This document shows positions 58,091-59,784 of a stretch of 59,784 nucleotides of DNA, piece after piece. Within the stretch, counting starts at the first letter, position 1. Each line of letters opens with the position of its first letter. This DNA comes from Nitrososphaerales archaeon (GTDB taxonomy: Archaea; Thermoproteota; Nitrososphaeria; Nitrososphaerales; JACPRH01), in the NCBI GenBank assembly GCA_030754585.1, contig JASMAB010000002.1, positions 1-59,784 on the forward strand. Reading direction: 5' to 3'. The translations under genes were made by a program, and so were the position numbers. The notes below the pieces were generated by a model. It ran no database searches, was not told the DNA's origin, and worked only from the letters and a program-made list of their open reading frames with translations.

Positions 58091-58231
58091 GGGCTCGTGG
58101 CCTAGTCAGTATTCACCTAGAATAGTTAGCTGATGGAATCCAAGGTAACTATAGAAAGGATTAGGGCGCTGAAGAGATGTGTAAGCCTCCGAAGCCGGAA
58201 ATCCTGGGTTCAAATCCCAGCGGGCCCGCCA
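58091..58231 (+). tRNA. tRNA-Arg(CCG) with two predicted introns; CCA encoded
   Basis: The acceptor stem GGGCTCG pairs with CGGGCCC, and the T arm is CTGGG-TTCAAAT-CCCAG. The D stem GCCT/GGGC is separated by a roughly 50-nt insert (about 58108-58157). The anticodon stem CTG|GC pairs with GCCGG only after removing 13 nt (about 58172-58184). The loop is CTCCGAA. Confidence 0.8.
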
Positions 58232-58287
58232 ATACCATTAGGCTAAACCCTTAATAACGCATTGATCAATGGCAATATTAATCAAAA

Positions 58288-59619
58288 TTGAGCTTTAAAG
58301 AAGATGAAGACATTATCAGATGGAAAAATAATGTAAGTAGAGGTTCAAATATTACAGCGCAAGTATATTTTAGACGCTTGAGAGGTTTCTGTAACGAGAA
58401 TAACACTAGTCCTCAAGAATTAGTTAAACTTGGGAATAAAGAGCCTAAGAAGCTTCAAGACCTCTTAGAAGATAATGTAACCAGATTAGACAATGAGGGA
58501 AAAGCAGGAAGTTACATTAAATCTATTCTTAAATCAGTTAGATCTTGGCTTTCATATAACGATATTCATCTTACACGAAAAATAAGGATTTCAGGAGCAA
58601 ACTCAACTCCTACATTAGAAAATGAGAAAATACCTTCAACAGATGAATTAAAACAGGTAATTAACACTGCAAATAGCCGAGGCAGGGTCACGATTGCTCT
58701 TATGAGTCAATCAGGATTAAGACCCCAAACTATTGGAAATGGTAAAGATGGTTTAAAAATCAAAGACTTACCTGATTTATCTATAGAAAATGGAAAAGTT
58801 TCGTTAAAAAATATACCCATTCAAATAATCATTAGAGCATCAGTTTCCAAGACTGGCCACAAATATCTTTCATTCTTAAGTTCAGAAGGATGCGATTATT
58901 TGGTTGCATATCTTCAAGAAAGGATTGGTCGAGGCGAAAATCTTAATCAAGAATCTCCTTTAATTTCTTTTAATGCAGGTGGAGAATCTAAAATCTTTCA
59001 TAAAAAAACAGATAATATCCATCCTTCAACTAAAACAGTGACAACCGAGATAAGGAAAGCAATTAGATCAGCTGGATTTAACTGGAGACCCTATATCTTC
59101 AGAGCATATTTTGATACACAATTACTATTAGCTGAATCTAAAGGCAAAATAACGCATTCATATCGCCAGTTTTTCATGGGGCATAAAGGAGACATGGAAG
59201 CACGATACACGGTAAATAAGGGGAGACTGCCTGAATCAATGATAGAGGATATGCGATCTAGTTATGGAGCTTCTGAAAATATTTTAATGACAAACCCAAG
59301 AGTTGAATCAATATTAGACGAGACAAAACAGGCTCAATTAGATATGGCTAAGCGGCTTCTATCAACTATCTATCCTCACTTAGATTTAGAAATTACGATT
59401 AAAGATAGAGAATTAGAGATGAATCGAGCTTTAACTGTTGATGAATCTCTGGATTTAATACTCAAAACAGTTGGAGATCATAAAAATAATAGAAATGACG
59501 GTGAAAACTTCAGAGTGATTAAGGTGGATGAATTGGAAGATTTTCTTAATAAGAATCCTGATTGGAAACCTAAACAAGCAGTAAATAGCGATAAATTCCT
59601 AATAGAAAAGAAGTTTTGA
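58288..59619 (+). CDS. Tyrosine recombinase / phage-type integrase
   Basis: Candidate catalytic pattern: R in SGLRPQT, WRPYIFRAYF (HxxR-like box), MGHKGD and the nucleophile in EARYT. The start is TTG, 57 nt after the tRNA. Confidence 0.8.
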   Translation: MSFKEDEDIIRWKNNVSRGSNITAQVYFRRLRGFCNENNTSPQELVKLGNKEPKKLQDLLEDNVTRLDNEGKAGSYIKSILKSVRSWLSYNDIHLTRKIRISGANSTPTLENEKIPSTDELKQVINTANSRGRVTIALMSQSGLRPQTIGNGKDGLKIKDLPDLSIENGKVSLKNIPIQIIIRASVSKTGHKYLSFLSSEGCDYLVAYLQERIGRGENLNQESPLISFNAGGESKIFHKKTDNIHPSTKTVTTEIRKAIRSAGFNWRPYIFRAYFDTQLLLAESKGKITHSYRQFFMGHKGDMEARYTVNKGRLPESMIEDMRSSYGASENILMTNPRVESILDETKQAQLDMAKRLLSTIYPHLDLEITIKDRELEMNRALTVDESLDLILKTVGDHKNNRNDGENFRVIKVDELEDFLNKNPDWKPKQAVNSDKFLIEKKF

Positions 59620-59728
59620 TGTAATCACTTTAATCAATTTCTGTCTTGCAAGATGGGCAGGAAGTCTTATTTTGCGCTACTTTTTTCATGCGAAGAATCC
59701 ATCCCTACCCCATTAACAAAAACAAAAA

Positions 59729-59784
59729 CATTAACATTAACATTAACATTAACATTAACATTAACATTAACATTAACATTAACA
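59729..59784. repeat. Hexanucleotide microsatellite (CATTAA)n, at least 9.3 perfect units, truncated by the window end
   Basis: Read directly: CATTAA repeats from 59729 to the last base. It is preceded by AACAAAAACAAAAA. Confidence 0.95.

Larger units (their letters stand above)
58091..59784 (+). mobile_element. Probable left border of a tRNA-targeted integrated element (continues beyond the window)
   Basis: An integrase lies directly 3' of a tRNA gene. No second att copy is visible inside the window. Confidence 0.4.

Noticed and set aside
59729-59784. The repeat tract considered as a CRISPR array or a terminal inverted repeat.
   Set aside because: The unit is 6 nt with no spacers, so this is a simple microsatellite. 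No inverted copy is seen in the window.

Overview
This is an AT-rich archaeal chromosomal segment (GC judged by eye, not computed). It is densely packed, with about 62 protein genes and one tRNA, almost all informational or biosynthetic housekeeping. The marker set includes TFB, a TFE-beta/RPC34-like protein, an ERCC4-only short XPF, SMC-ScpA-ScpB, GatDE, eS30/eS8/uS10, Nop5-fibrillarin and Gar1. It also includes a family-B DNA polymerase, the archaeal pantoate kinase/phosphopantothenate synthetase route to CoA, and cofC/cofD/cofE for F420. This fits Nitrososphaerota (Thaumarchaeota), Nitrosopumilales-like; that is inferred from gene content, not from a search. I see no rRNA, no CRISPR array and no recognisable defence, toxin or transposase genes. 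I do not see a convincing multi-gene novel system, and most of the window is core genome. The clearest accessory signal is at the right edge. A tRNA-Arg(CCG) gene that only folds if two introns are removed is followed 57 nt later by a tyrosine-recombinase gene, and the window ends in a (CATTAA)n microsatellite. This is probably the border of an integrated element that continues outside the window. Other points worth a second look:
- Two conserved genes have N-terminal motifs that lie upstream of any canonical start: a GT2 glycosyltransferase behind an A6 run, and RlmE behind ATG-TGA.
- An eS30 gene is missing from the ORF track.
- A GC-rich roughly 90-nt island lies after purA.
- A TFE-beta-like gene has CX2CX5CX10C spacing and a perfect 35-nt internal duplication.
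- A flavodiiron gene sits directly upstream of cofE-cofD.
- Several orphan small genes are present, including two AbrB-fold genes and an 87-aa ORF.

All product calls rest on motifs I recognise in the translations. No database search was run.
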